Shown: positions 1 to 13,234 of the stretch, in pieces
Layout: every line of letters starts with the position of its first letter
How positions within the stretch are numbered: the first letter of the stretch is position 1
The notes under the pieces: generated by a model
What the model was told of the DNA's origin: nothing
The model's database searches: none
What the model saw: the letters and a program-made list of their open reading frames with translations, nothing else
From: Octopus vulgaris
Lineage: Eukaryota
NCBI GenBank assembly: GCA_951406725.2
Contig: OX597833.1
Span: forward strand, 43,586,001-43,650,000
Reading direction: 5' to 3'
Length of the DNA: 64,000 bases
Program-made: the position numbers and the translations under genes

Positions 1-441
1 ATCAATAAAGAGGTTGTTTTAGTCCTTTACACATGCACGCATGCATACACAGATACATACATATATATAAATATATATGTATATAAAGGCCAAAGATATA
101 TAATTTCTGCATACTTATTTCAGAAAATCATGAAATGAGTTTAAGAAAAGCAAAAATGAATTCAATTTAGATTGGTATAAAGTAAATTTAATAGAAGGAA
201 AATTAATATACTTAGCCACTGACATCATACTGATAACTGAAAACAGACAGAACTTGACTTAATTTTGGAAAACCATTATTAAGTCCAGTGAAAATGCTGA
301 ACTTTTCTTCAATATCAGTAAATCAAAAGTATTGACAATATTACCATATAGAATATAGCTGCAGAGATACATGGTTACCCAGGTGTCAGTTTTCAACTAC
401 CTAATATTTCACTACAGTTATTCAGGACATAAGAGATGAGT

Positions 442-669
442 TTAACCCTTTAGTATTTAAACCGGCCATATCCGGCCAAAATAGCTAATCTGTTTTTATG
501 TTCAAACTGACCAGATCCAGGCCCTCACACTTACCCTACAATGTTATTCTACATTAAGTAATTACACCATCAAGATCTTGAAGATATGAGATAATGCATG
601 ATTAATTCAAATCAATGGGAATCAATAGGCATTATGTTTGATAGAATAATCTGAACAATAAAGGGTTAA
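442..669. mobile_element. TTAA-flanked MITE (piggyBac-like), family M1
   Basis: TTAA-CCCTTTA...TAAAGGG-TTAA termini, ~228 bp; second copy with homologous interior at 48329-48557. Confidence 0.75.
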
Positions 670-1393
670 GGCCAAATAATCCAAAGGGCATTCCTATATG
701 CCAAAAACCTAGTTCTCATAGCTGAATCTAACAAAAATTTTGAGAAGAAATCCCAAATCTAGAAACAAAACCCAATATGAAAAAAAAAAATGTTTTAGTT
801 TGCGGCAAATTTGATGGAACGCTACTGCCATCATGGAAGTAGCCAAGAATCATAAGCAGAGAAAGAAGTAGATTAGACCTCTTTACTTAGTATTCAATGT
901 AAACCATCGATGTAGTAGCGTCACTTACAAGCTGACAAAGAAGTTTACTTTGGCTGTAGCAGATTCTATATATTAAGTAAAAAGTCTTGCTGTCATCATT
1001 GTCTCAGCTCACTATGTTAATTGGGTTTTGGTGTACCCAAGTCAGTTGGTGACTCTTTGACCCTGCATAAATTACTATTCTGTAATATAATTTGTAACTA
1101 CCCCTGTAGGTACATATACATGTATATGGTTGGTACATTTGTAGACACCTCAATTGTAATGTATAAATATAAAATACTATCCATTTCTTCACAGGGAATA
1201 GTTTTGATCTATGGATGTCTGAGTTATGGAACCAACATGCTTCCATTGTACCAATCCACTCAACAAGTGATTGAGAATATATATATATATATATTGATAA
1301 AAATGGTAAGACAACAAAAAAATGAAAGAGACCTCGATATTATGTAAATAGAGGAATTTATCTGTAAATGTAATATGTGACAATTATTCGGTA

Positions 1394-1463
1394 GCCATGA
1401 TAAAACTCCAAGTTTCGGATGCTGAGGTGGAACTCCACGCCGCCATCTCTTCAGTTATCTGGC
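1394..1463 (-). ncRNA. Type I hammerhead ribozyme motif (PLE-type, minimal stem III)
   Basis: Minus strand reads GCCA-GATAA CTGAAGA GATG...GTGGAGTTCCAC...CATC C GAAA CTTGGAG TT TTATC-A-TGGC: stem I GATAA/TTATC (extended by GCCA/TGGC), intact CUGANGA and GAAA cores, stem II GATG/CATC, GUU cleavage triplet. Confidence 0.7.
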
Positions 1464-1501
1464 CATCAGAAAAATGCTAGCTATATATATATACATATAC
1501 A

Positions 1502-1533
<32 letters not shown>

Positions 1534-1561
1534 CATATATATATATATATTCTAGCAAAAA

Positions 1562-1599
1562 CTGTCTGATGAACGGCAACGAGAAACTCAGAGTAACAG
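1562..1599 (+). ncRNA. Minimal type I hammerhead ribozyme motif (PLE-type)
   Basis: CTGT CTGATGA ACGGCAACGA GAAA CTCAGAG TA ACAG: stem I CTGT/ACAG, stem II CG/CG around a GCAA tetraloop (first pair is an A.A mismatch), near-palindromic stem III ACTC-A-GAGT, GUA cleavage site. Confidence 0.7.
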
Positions 1600-1632
1600 A
1601 TTTTGTTGAATTTTCTGCTGCTTAAAATAAAG

Positions 1633-1675
<43 letters not shown>

Positions 1676-1713
1676 ACATATACATATATATACATATACA
1701 TATATATATATAC

Positions 1714-1810
<97 letters not shown>

Positions 1811-1849
1811 TATATACATATACATATATATATATACATATATATATAC

Positions 1850-1896
<47 letters not shown>

Positions 1897-2584
1897 TATA
1901 TACATATACATATACATATATATACATATACATATATACATATACATATATATATATACATATATACATATACATATATACATATACATATATACATATA
2001 TATATATACATATATATATATACATATACATATATATATATACATATACATATATATATATACATATACATATATATATATACATATACATATACATATA
2101 TATATATACATATACATATATACATATACATATATATATATACATATACATATACATATATATATATACATATATATATATACATATACATATATATATA
2201 TACATATACATATACATATATATATATACATATATATATATACATATACATATATATATATACATATACATATATATACATATACATATATATACATATA
2301 CATATATATACATATACATATATATACATATACATATATATACATATACATATATATATATACATATATATACATATACATATATACATATACATATACA
2401 TACATATACATATATACATATACATATATATACATATACATATATATATACATATACATATATATATATACATATACACATATACATATACATATATATA
2501 TATACACATATACATATACATATATATACATATATATATATACATATACATATATATATATACATATATATATACATATATATA

Positions 2585-2617
<33 letters not shown>

Positions 2618-3271
2618 ATATATATACATATATATATACATATACATATATATATACATATACATATATATATACATATATATATACATATACATATATA
2701 TACACATATACATACACATATACATACATATATACATACATATATATATATACATATACATATATATATATACATATACATATATATATATACATATACA
2801 TATATATATATACATATACATATATACATATACATATATATATACACATATACATATATACATATATACATATACATATATATATACACATATACATATA
2901 TATATATACATATACATATATACATATACATATATATATACATATACATATATATATATACATATACATATATATATACATATATATACATATACATATA
3001 TATATACATATATATATACATATATATATATACATATATATATACATATATATATATACATATATATATACATATATATATATACATATATATATATACA
3101 TATATATATATACATATACATATATATATATACATATACATATATATATATATACATATACATATATATACATATATATATATACACATATATATATATA
3201 CATATACATATATATATATATATATATATAGTAATATACATATATATACATATACATATATATACATATAC

Positions 3272-3324
<53 letters not shown>

Positions 3325-3327
3325 TAT
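1633..3327. repeat. (TA)n/(TACA)n compound microsatellite, ~1.7 kb
   Basis: Directly visible; source of the 500-600 aa YI-repeat ORFs. Confidence 0.98.
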
Positions 3328-3615
3328 ATTAGTTAGTTTATTGTGTTCTGGGTTACATTAGTTCTTATTATGTCATCTGTCATTGTTATTTATTTCTATG
3401 CATTGGACTTTGTTGAATGCATGAAATACAATAACTATACAATACATGCTGCAGCACTGAAAATATTTGTTTAGTTTCTGAAGGGTGACAGTTCACTCAG
3501 AGAGTAGCATTTGACAAACCATAGGCATAGATCTCTGCATTGCAAATTTTCTGAGTGTCTCGTCATTTGCTACTTTGAGATCAGCCAGGAGATCAGCCAT
3601 GGATTTTTACAAATG

Positions 3616-3787
3616 CTTGGAAGGCACTGCAATACCAGGCCAACCCGTGGCAAAGGTGGAGCAAGACCCTAACACTTTGCCTCGTTCTAAAAATCAGTTT
3701 AATATCGATGGCCTCAAATAGGGACCGTATCAGATATTACGATGATAAGAACACATACTACACTTTGATCTTAGCCAAAAGGCTGCA
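3616..3787 (-). pseudogene. U2: U2 snRNA-derived copy, probably a pseudogene
   Basis: Minus strand GCCTTTTGGCTAAGATCAAAGTGTAGTATGTGTTCTTATCATCGTAATATCTGATA...AAACTGATTTTTAG...CTTGCTCCACCTTTGCCACGGGTTGGCCTGGTATTGCAGTGCC follows metazoan U2 along ~170 nt; the 5' end, stem IIa, Sm site and 3' end deviate. Confidence 0.9.
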
Positions 3788-4103
3788 AAGAGCACCATAC
3801 GAGTGTGATCGTTGATAGAGAGGCTATGCGACGATGATGAAGGTTTCCTAGAATGAGCTGATAGCTTCTGTTACTAGGCTACTTAATTAGTAGCAGGTGG
3901 GAAAATATTCAAGGAGCTTATAACCTCACTTGACAACAAAGGGATTCCATCTCCAAATAAAGGACAGATTGTACAGCGCATGTGTGCAGAGCGAAATGTT
4001 GCATAGAGGTGAAAAATGAGAATGACAAATGAAGTACCAAGCTTAAAAAAGAAGTACCAGGGTTGATTCATTTAGTTAACATTCTTTAAGGCCAGTCTAA
4101 TGA

Positions 4104-4530
4104 ATCATCATCATCATCGTTTAACGTCCGCTTTCTATGCTAGCATGGGTGGACGATTTGACTGAGGTCTGGTGAACCAGACTCCAATCTGATCTGGCAG
4201 AGTTTCTACAGCTGGATGCCCTTCCTAATGCCAACCACTCCGAGAGTGTAGTGGGTGCTTTTACGTGCCACCGGGTCGAGGGCCAGTTAGGTGGTACTGG
4301 CAACGGTCACGCTCAAATGGTGCTTTTTATGTGCCACCTGCACAGGAGCCAGTCCAGCGGCACTGGCAACAATCTCACTCAAATGATTTTTTCACGTGCC
4401 ACCAGCACAATTGCTAGTAAGGCGACACAGGTAACGATCACGCTCGAATGGTGTTTTTAACATGCCATCGGCACGAAGGCCAGCTTGTTGCTCTGGCAAC
4501 GATCTCACTCGTATGGTACTCTTAGCGCTC
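4104..4530 (-). mobile_element. RTE-clade LINE 3' UTR fragment with internal tandem repeats and (GAT)n tail
   Basis: Same sequence family follows RTE ORF ends at 27030-27558 and 45813-46190; motif GGTTGGCATTAGGAAGGGCATCCAGCTGTAGAAAC. Confidence 0.7.
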
Positions 4531-5029
4531 AGTTAAAAAGTAAAGATAATTTATGTTGTTTTAATTACCCAGCCTTGCAATGGTATTCATTGTACTGGTT
4601 TAAAGATCTCTTCTGTTTGTGTGTAAAGTAATGCTAGACATAACCTAATTTCTCAGGTGCCTCTAGCTAGTTGGTTGGCAGAAGACCTAGGATGGCATGA
4701 GGAAGAGACAGGGATGAGGTTGAGAGAGCTGCCTGTTGTGTATAAAATGAAGGAAAATAAAAACAAAATAACTGTAATTTGCCTGTAACATGAGCCTGTT
4801 AAAAGATTTTTTTCTCTTATTGATTGTTGCCATAGGAACGAACACCTGTGCATCAGAGTTGATAGATTTCAGATGCTCATGGCAGTGGGGGATGGCACAG
4901 TAAATGAATGACTGACTGAATGAATAAATAAATTAATAAACCTGTCACTCCTCACCCCTCACCACCAAAAAAAAAAAAAAAAAAAATCGATGCCCTCATT
5001 CTCTTTCCTTTTTCTCCCTCACTTCATTA

Positions 5030-5340
5030 ACTCTTTTACTTGTTTCAGTCATTTGACTGTGGCCATGCCGGAGCACCGCCTTTAGACAAGCAAATCGACC
5101 CCAGGACTTATTCTTTGTAAGCCTAGTACTTATCCTATCAGTCTTTTTTGCTGAACCACTAAGTTATGGGGACATAAACACACCCCCATCAGTTGTCAAG
5201 CAATGATATGGGGACAAACACAGACACACAAACATATACACAAATACGTATATATATATATATATACAACGGGCTTCTTTCAGTTTCCATCTATCAAATC
5301 CACTCACAAGGCTTTGGTCGGCCCGAGGCTATAGTAAAAG
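5030..5340 (-). mobile_element. SINE family A, 5'-truncated copy
   Basis: Matches the 3' two-thirds of the full copies (e.g. 16674-17094). Confidence 0.85.
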
Positions 5341-5989
5341 AGGCAGTAAAATGTAATGGAGATGGACATAAAACTAGTTATAAGGTACTTTTACCTGATT
5401 CATAGTCAACTAAGTGTGTTCATGCATATGCTTATGCACATTCATGTATAAGTACTAAAGTACATGTATCTGTGTGTACATGGAAGCCATAGACAATATG
5501 TTCAGTAAGCATAATACACCATGGCTAAATCACAGAGTATTCAGTAAATTGAAGTAAGGCCCAGATGAGCTAGTCTTGTCTTCTTTAGGAGTGTGCACTT
5601 TAGCTTGTTTATGGGTAAGAATCTCATCAGGGTAATATTTGACAAAAATTACATATGCAGATTGTCAGATCCTTGAACAGACTACAAAGGAAACTGTTTT
5701 TCCTCGTACTGAATTTTATTATAGACATATCGTTGCTATTACGCAAATGTGTTGTAAGTATAAAATGTTGCATTTTCAGGAAACAAAAAAACAGTTTCAC
5801 CATTTCATTTCTTTTTATATTAGAAAGCTTCAACTTAACAATAATACTTTGTGGGGCACATTATTTTTTAAATGCCTTAAGAAAATGTTTAGCCAGAATA
5901 TCTTAAGGCTCAAATGTCTCAACCCTTCCTAAGACCATTGTGACAATTTCCCGAACCCACTCAGCAAACATCATTCAAGCATTTGACTT

Positions 5990-7058
5990 GAATGCTTCTA
6001 CCTCCACTTTACAGATAACCCTGCAATGCCACCTATGAGAACAGGAGCTTGCATTGGTAGACTGTCCCATGCTGCTGTCAAAGCCAGAAGATATTGGGAT
6101 AATGAAATGCAAGACCAAAGGTCTCATAGACTGTCCCAGCAGGCTGCCTATGATGCTGCTGCCTGTGCAGTACACGTACCTACAACTTCTGAAACCATTA
6201 AGGCTTCAAAGTCTTAAGAAGAACTTGTGGCTCGCCGAGCCCATTTTAGGGCGACTTTCTGTTGGTAGGACTACCAAGTCACCTCAACAATAGGCTATCC
6301 AGTTGGCACGTCTTTCTAAAAATGCTTCAGCTGCACAGTTGCAGACTCTCCACAACAGTACACAGTTTGAAGGAAGTATAATGCTGAAACTACTGCCACT
6401 GTAAAGGCTTCTCAGTCACCACAACAATGCACAGCCTGGAGGGTATGTAATGCTAAATCTACAGCTGCTACTGCTGCACAGGTTGCAGAATCACTAGCAC
6501 AGTGCACCAGCCAAATGAAGTGCACTACTGACACTACTGCTGCTACAAAGGCTGCAGAGTTACCAGTTCAGTACACAAATCACCAGGCTTTGAATAATGC
6601 TTTAATGTCCATTGCAAGGGCTTCAGAAACAGATGAGCAAAGGACAATGTGACTTCAAACCAATGCAAACTTGAAGGCTCTGTGTAGTGGCACATCAAAA
6701 CCATCAGTCGGTTGGTGGGCTTTTAAAGCACTTCACTATGACCCTACGCTTCCCACCATGATATCATTAGACATATGTCCATCATTTGTCCATTCCGTGC
6801 AGCACGCAAGTGACTAGGTGAACTCATGGGGTTATGCTGCTCAATCGGAAAGGTTTGCTGGAAATACATCCAACCTCAGAACTTCTGAAGCCTCTACTAC
6901 TTGGTGACCATCACAATTCACCGCACTTCATCAGAAACATTTGGCCATGTTTGTCATGGACCAACAGATTTTTGGTATCTGATGATATGCCATAAAGCTA
7001 AACCCTTTATGGATGGGAAACCTAAAGTAATCTCATAAACCAGCCTTCCCCATTTTTA

Positions 7059-7100
<42 letters not shown>

Positions 7101-7184
7101 GATAAAGATAGTTATGGCTATAACTATCATTATCTAATTTACTCTACTGCTCTATAACTTCTCTTTCGGATTTATGATTTACTG

Positions 7185-7248
<64 letters not shown>

Positions 7249-7840
7249 TATATATACATATTTACAAGGTTCAGGATGAAGTCAACTAAGTGATGGACTA
7301 ATTACAGCAACCATCAGCTGTCCAATTATGCTGCCATCATCATACACTGGCAAACCACGTTACATGCATCAGAAAATGTAGGACATACAAATGTAAGTGC
7401 AATTACACAATTGCCCAGATCTATTCATCAATTTAACCAGTAATCCAAAATGGGATGAGTTTACAGAAAACCTACTCCCTAGAAGGCAAATCGATCATCA
7501 TGACATCACCGCCAGAGTGGCCCACTTAAAGGTCCATAGAATGATTGATCTATTCAAAAAAGGTGAAATCTTTGGATCTACTCAATGTTCATGTATACTA
7601 CTGAGTAGCAAAAGAAAGGTTCGCCACATGTCCATATCTTACTTTCGCTGGTCAATAAAATGCAATCAACTAATGTGGATGCCGCTTTTAGCACAGAATT
7701 TCCAGACCCTACAAACAATCCACTTCTCTATAACATCATTAAAAACATGGTTCATGGACCATTCAGATATTACAATACAAAGTCACCATGTAAGGAAAAT
7801 GGCAAATGTTCAAAAAGCTAATCCCATCAGCTACAGCCTG
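5990..7840 (+). mobile_element. Degenerate Helitron RepHel remnant
   Basis: Fragments: repetitive RL..AAE N-terminal region, Cys-rich segment (CPF...CCSIGKV), LPSSYTGKPRYMH, PDLFINLTSNPKW, HDITARV, KKGSPHVHILL (HUH Rep motif); many stops and frameshifts; interrupted by (TA)n. Confidence 0.8.
6975..7034 (+). other. Degenerate hammerhead-like motif
   Basis: CTGATGA..CCATAAAG-loop-CTTTATGG..GAAA CCTAAAG TA just before a (TA)n tract; stems I and III are imperfect. Confidence 0.35.
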
Positions 7841-7850
7841 AAACACAGAT

Positions 7851-8251
7851 CTCTTTTACTCTTTTACTTGTTTCAGTCATTTGACTGCGGCCATGCTGGA
7901 GCACCGCCTTTAGTCGAGCAGATCGACCCCAGGACTTATTCTTTGGAAGCCTAGTACTTATTCTATCAGTCTCTTGTTGCCGAACCGCTAAGTTACGGGG
8001 ACATAAACACACACCACCATCGGTTGTCAAACGATGTTGAGGGGGACAAACAGACACACAAACACACACACACATATATATATATATACGACAGGCTTCT
8101 TTCAGTTTCCGTCAACCAAATTCAGTCACAAGGCTTTGGTTGGCCCAAGGCTATAGTAGAAGACACTTGCCCAAGGTGCCACGCAGTGGGAATGAACCCG
8201 GAACCATGTGGTTCATAAGCAAGCTACTTACCACACAGCCACGCCTGTACC
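7851..8251 (-). mobile_element. SINE family A (tRNA-like head, CORE-like body, internal microsatellite, CR1-like tail)
   Basis: A-box-like TGGCTGTGTGG, B-box-like GGTTCATTCCC, CORE-like GGCACCTTGGGCAAGTGTCTT; about 20 copies or fragments in the window. Confidence 0.9.
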
Positions 8252-8589
8252 TTCAATAATATACATATATGCTATAGAGCAAACGGAACAACTTTAGAAT
8301 GAAATATCTATATACACATGCACACACACACACACAAATAATATATACATATACACACGCATCCAAGTGTATAAACATAGAAACATGAACATACATGATC
8401 GCAAAAGTATTAAACATACTTTTGTATCTAAACATAAATGATATATAATTAATTAACCTTCCATCAAAACGAATCCATACTTGAGAACCAATATAATAAC
8501 TTAGGAAGAAAACACACACATACATGGGAATATGTATATATAAAACACATGCACACACAATAATACATAAACAAAGGCATCCATACTTG

Positions 8590-8622
<33 letters not shown>

Positions 8623-8630
<8 letters not shown>

Positions 8631-8843
8631 TATTGGTGAATTGAAGAAATGGAGCTGAACGAAGATTGAATAGAAAACGTTTTATTTCATTCTACACGTG
8701 TTTCGAAAGGCACAATTTACCAAAATCCGATTCAATCGGATTTTGGTAAATTGTGCCTTTCGAAACACGTGTAGAATGAAATAAAACGTTTTCTATTCAA
8801 TCTTCGTTCAGCTCCATTTCTTCAATTCACCAATAATATTTTA
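8623..8843. repeat. Perfect 221-bp palindrome (110-bp arms, 1-nt loop) inside (TA)n
   Basis: Centre CCGATT-C-AATCGG at 8733; arms pair from 8623 to 8843; unique extension to ~8992, then (TA)n. Confidence 0.95.
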
Positions 8844-8989
8844 ATTTCAATTATCCGCACCAACGCACGGTTGCAACACCATATGGTTGTACCTCCAACC
8901 GTGCTGTTTTCTGCTGTGATTTTTGCTACCAAGGTATCGGTTAAACTTTTGATTAATCTGCTACAAGATTATTCATCTTTCTATTTCAC

Positions 8990-9033
<44 letters not shown>

Positions 9034-10611
9034 TATAGACACACATACATACAAGCATGAACTGGGATTTATTTCAGTTTATTTCACCATCATGCATTCT
9101 ATTTTATTTACTCTATTTTATTTTATTCCTGCTTTATTTACTATATATTTATTCAATTTTTACTTTTTTATTTATTATTTTGTATTTTTATTTCATTTTT
9201 ATCGTATCTTTACTTTATTTCTGTTCATATATAAATTAATTTGTATACCTAAAGAAGTAAATTGGAAAGAAACACACACACACACACACATATATATATA
9301 TCAATGCACATAATTATATTGATGTACCTAGGTGCATATACAAACACACATGTACAAACAAGTATAAATTTTGTTTCACTTTCACTTTGTTTTATTCCAT
9401 GAACATAAATTTTATTTTAATTTCTTTTATTCATCATATTACTTTACCTGTATATTATACAACCCATCATTAATGATTATCATAATTATTATTACTGAAT
9501 TGAAATAAAAGGAATAATTTTAACGCATGTGTACCCACACTCATAAACATACACACAGTAAACATGTCTGTATATTCTGTGTATTCCAAAAGTATCCTAG
9601 TGTAATCCTTATTGTCCTCTGCATACCCTGATGATTTTCCATACAAGGTATTTAAAATGCAAAATGATATATTAATGTTTTCTAATTTTAATTTTGTTTG
9701 TGAAATGAAAAAAATTCCTGGTGAATACATTGATGAATTAATAAATTAATTTGTATTTATTAGATCCATTAGATCTCTCTGCATCTATGAAGCATGAAGT
9801 TTTGTCAGTGAACAGGTCATGGTCAGAGAGCGACAAAAATATTTTGACCCAAATTAAATTTAAATGCTTTTTTTTATGTGTTCTTAAATGGCTTACAAAC
9901 ATTTTCCACACTGCAATTGTCTTTGAAAATTAACTGTTCAAGTGGTTTTTTGTTTTCCTTGAATGGCTAACAAATATCTTTGAAGTTGCAATTGATATAT
10001 ATATATGAAATGTATATATAATGTAAAGAAACTGCAAAACCCCTCGTGAAAAATAGCAATCCAAGATTTCATGGATGAAATACGTAAATATTTTACTAAT
10101 GATCCGATACTAATGATCCAATAAAGCAGAGACCTAGCAGATGAAATACTACAAAGCAGTTATTAACAGAATGTGCATTCTTTTTTTTTTTTTTTTGCAT
10201 AATCATATCACTTCCACTATGCTTAGAACAATTGAAAAACTTATGTAAAAATTTGTAAAGATAAAAAAGTTATGAGGGGTTTTAGCACATGCCTAAATCA
10301 ATTCTGCCAAGTTATCAGCTTGCAAAAAATATTTTTAGATGCCTTATATCACAAAAGCAAACCAAACTGTACATATAGATCATAAGATGAACTAAAAATT
10401 TCAAATAGCTTTGACAATAATTATTGTTTTCACGCATGTGCATAAACACGTACTTCAGTCTGGAAAATGCTAAAACCAGTTAACGTGTATCACGGAGCAT
10501 GTGTAACAGGACATACAGAGAAACACCTAATAATCCAATATATATGTGTGTGTGTGTATATAACTTTATAAATATAAGGGTAAAATCTATTAAATAGCAT
10601 GTGTAATAAGA

Positions 10612-10689
<78 letters not shown>

Positions 10690-10790
10690 ATATATATATA
10701 TCTATATCTATATATATATATCTATATCTATATATATATATATATATCTATATCTATATATATATATATATCTATATCTATATATATATA

Positions 10791-11178
10791 CTAGCAGTAT
10801 CGCCCGGCGTTACTCAGGTTTGTAAGGGAAATAACTATAAAGCATTTTTAGAGAGTTATAGCCAAAAAATAGCAAAAAAATGGAAAATAAATGATGGTAA
10901 ATTTTTTTTGAGAGTAAAAAAAGGTTGAGTTGCATCCCCTAGACAGTCTGTGGTTTGTTTTTTTTTTGATTCTCGACCCCATGTCGAATTTATCGATTTT
11001 TTTCAGAACTGGGGGAACTTTTCAAAGTTTTCGCTGCGTTAGTTTTGAATTATGACATTGGGCTATGTGTGTGTCAAGTTTCATCAGAATCGGTTGAAAG
11101 CCGTGGTCAGAGTGAGGGTACAAGCAAACAGACACACAGAAACACGCACAGACAAACTGCCGTTTATATAGAGAGAGA
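10791..11178 (-). mobile_element. Non-autonomous Helitron
   Basis: Minus strand starts TC(TCTCTCTATATAAAC), carries GTCT-type repeats and ends with hairpin-like CCTGAGTAACGCCGGG followed by CTAG; A|T insertion site in (TA)n. Confidence 0.75.
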
Positions 11179-11236
11179 TATATATCTATATATATATATA
11201 TATATCTATATCTATATATATATATATATATCTATA

Positions 11237-11274
<38 letters not shown>

Positions 11275-11948
11275 CATTTAACACTCATTTTCCATGCTGG
11301 TATGGGTTGGATAGTTTGATAGAAGGTTAGTAAGCTTCACTTGCCTGTTTTTGGCATGGTTTCTAAGGTTGGATGCCCTTACTAATGCCAACCACTTTTC
11401 TGAGTGTACTGGGTGCGTTTTACATGGCACCATCCCAGGTGAGAGAGAGAGACAGACAGACAGGCAGACAGACAGGAATAAACTGTAGATATCCATTACT
11501 AGAGGTGAATATGATGATTACTGAAAGTATGGTAGCAGGTACCATGCTTTCATTAATAGTTGCAAGTGGTTTCATTGTTGCTAGCTGACAACTTCTCAGC
11601 CTCTCGACTCATGACCTAGTGGAGCATCCAGAATGTGATAGTTGGAGAGAGAGAGAGAGAGAGAGAGCTGCACGAGTACAAAGGTAGAATTGATTTTGAG
11701 CTGATTAGACAGAAGTAGCATGAAATGAAGTGCCTTGCTCAAGAACACAATGTACCAACTGGTTCAGGATTTGAAATCATAAATTCGTATTTGTGATCTC
11801 AACTTCTTAACCACAAAGTCATTTGCCTTCACAGTATCATATACATATTAACATACATACACAATAATGATAATCTGAAGAGAATGAACTCTATACTAGA
11901 AGTACAATATAAATAACATTATTTGGTCCAGTTATGATTTCAACTATA

Positions 11949-13234
11949 TACAAGGGATATTCATTAAAGATTTTTCCTGGCCCATTTCCCAAGGACTCAG
12001 ATAAACGAAACTTGGAATAATTATTAGGCCTTCTCTACAACTAATGGTGACACACTTCTCACATTGCTTTATGCAGCTGTGAACACCTCATCTGTAGAAG
12101 TTGGTAGATTGCATCTAGAGCCAAGACTTTACCTCAGAAATAAGTTTACCATCATCTGAAAAGTGCTTCTCCTTCAAAAAATGACTTCATGGTCAGAAAG
12201 AGGTGGAAGTAAGATGGAGTGAGGTCGGAAGAGTAAGGAGGATGAGGAAGGCTTTCATTGCCGCAGAAGTGTGCTTACATCTGGGCAACATGCACATTGT
12301 AAACTGGAGCATTGTCTTGAAAGAGGCAAACTACTTTGGTCAGCATGCCATGCTTCTCTGCTTTGATGGCTTCCAGCAATTTCTGCTGGAATACACTGCA
12401 TAATACACTGCATTAATTGTGGTACCCTTACCAGAAAATCCCTCATCACTACTCTGTGCTAGTCCCAAAAGACTATGAGCATCACCTTGCCTGCTGAGGG
12501 TTGGACACATGCTTTCTTTGTAGGTGGTGAGTTATGCTTCCATTGCTTTGACTGGACTGTAGTCTCAAGATCATAGTGATGGATCTATGTTTCATCCTGT
12601 GTGATAAGTCTGCTGAAAAAGTCCTCCTTGTTTCCTTGGCATGTTGCCAAAAGAGCCTGGGAGCAATTGCCTCATTCCTACTTCCGAAAAGGTGTGAGCA
12701 TTCGGAGAATCCAACACCCAGACAACTACTGCATGTGCAAACGGTCATGAATGATCTTTTTCCTCAGATCCTACACTTATCTTCACTTCTTGGCTAATTG
12801 CCAAATAGTTATGTAGCAGTCCTCTAAAATGGCAGCTTCCGCTTTATGGATGGTGTCGTCATCGATGGTAGAATGTGACTGTCCAGGAATAGGATCAGTT
12901 TCCACCAATGTCCAACCACATTTGAACTGGCAATGCCAGTGCTTGACTACGTCATATAATGGTGCATCCTCACCATAAACTTCTTTCATCACATCAAAAG
13001 TTTCTTTTGGTGTATGACCTTTCAAGTATAAGTACCTAATCACCGATATGCATTCAACTGCCTCCATTATAATAACTTAGTCCACTTCAGCAGCTGTAAA
13101 AGACTATCGAATACTAGTGGAAAGCTGAAATCTACAATGTGATATGTTGAAATATAAGATTATACCCGTACAATTTGTTTCCTGCAATGACTGGAAGGGG
13201 GTCAGGGTTAACCTTTAATGGACACTCCCTCTTA
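11949..13234 (-). mobile_element. Mariner-like transposon, full length but decayed
   Basis: ~1.29 kb; degenerate TIRs with TA ends; transposase fragments (ORF 12783-13067 HTH region, catalytic-domain pieces in 12100-12750). Confidence 0.85.

Noticed and set aside
1455-3321. 500-600 aa ORFs rich in Y/I/M/C/H/T (also 22036-22792, 26576-27072, 30853-35437, 61647-62970)
   Set aside because: Translations of (TA)n/(CA)n microsatellites, which lack stop codons in most frames; not genes
4653-4853. Possible exon after a strong polypyrimidine tract at ~4733 (minus)
   Set aside because: No recognisable peptide or linking donor; cannot be tied to the gene without transcripts
8024-8218. Recurrent short ORFs such as MSSNARGTNTDT..., MTTDAGVFMSP... 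and MDGSTGVWEA...
   Set aside because: Incidental frames within SINE A and RTE UTR copies, not a protein family
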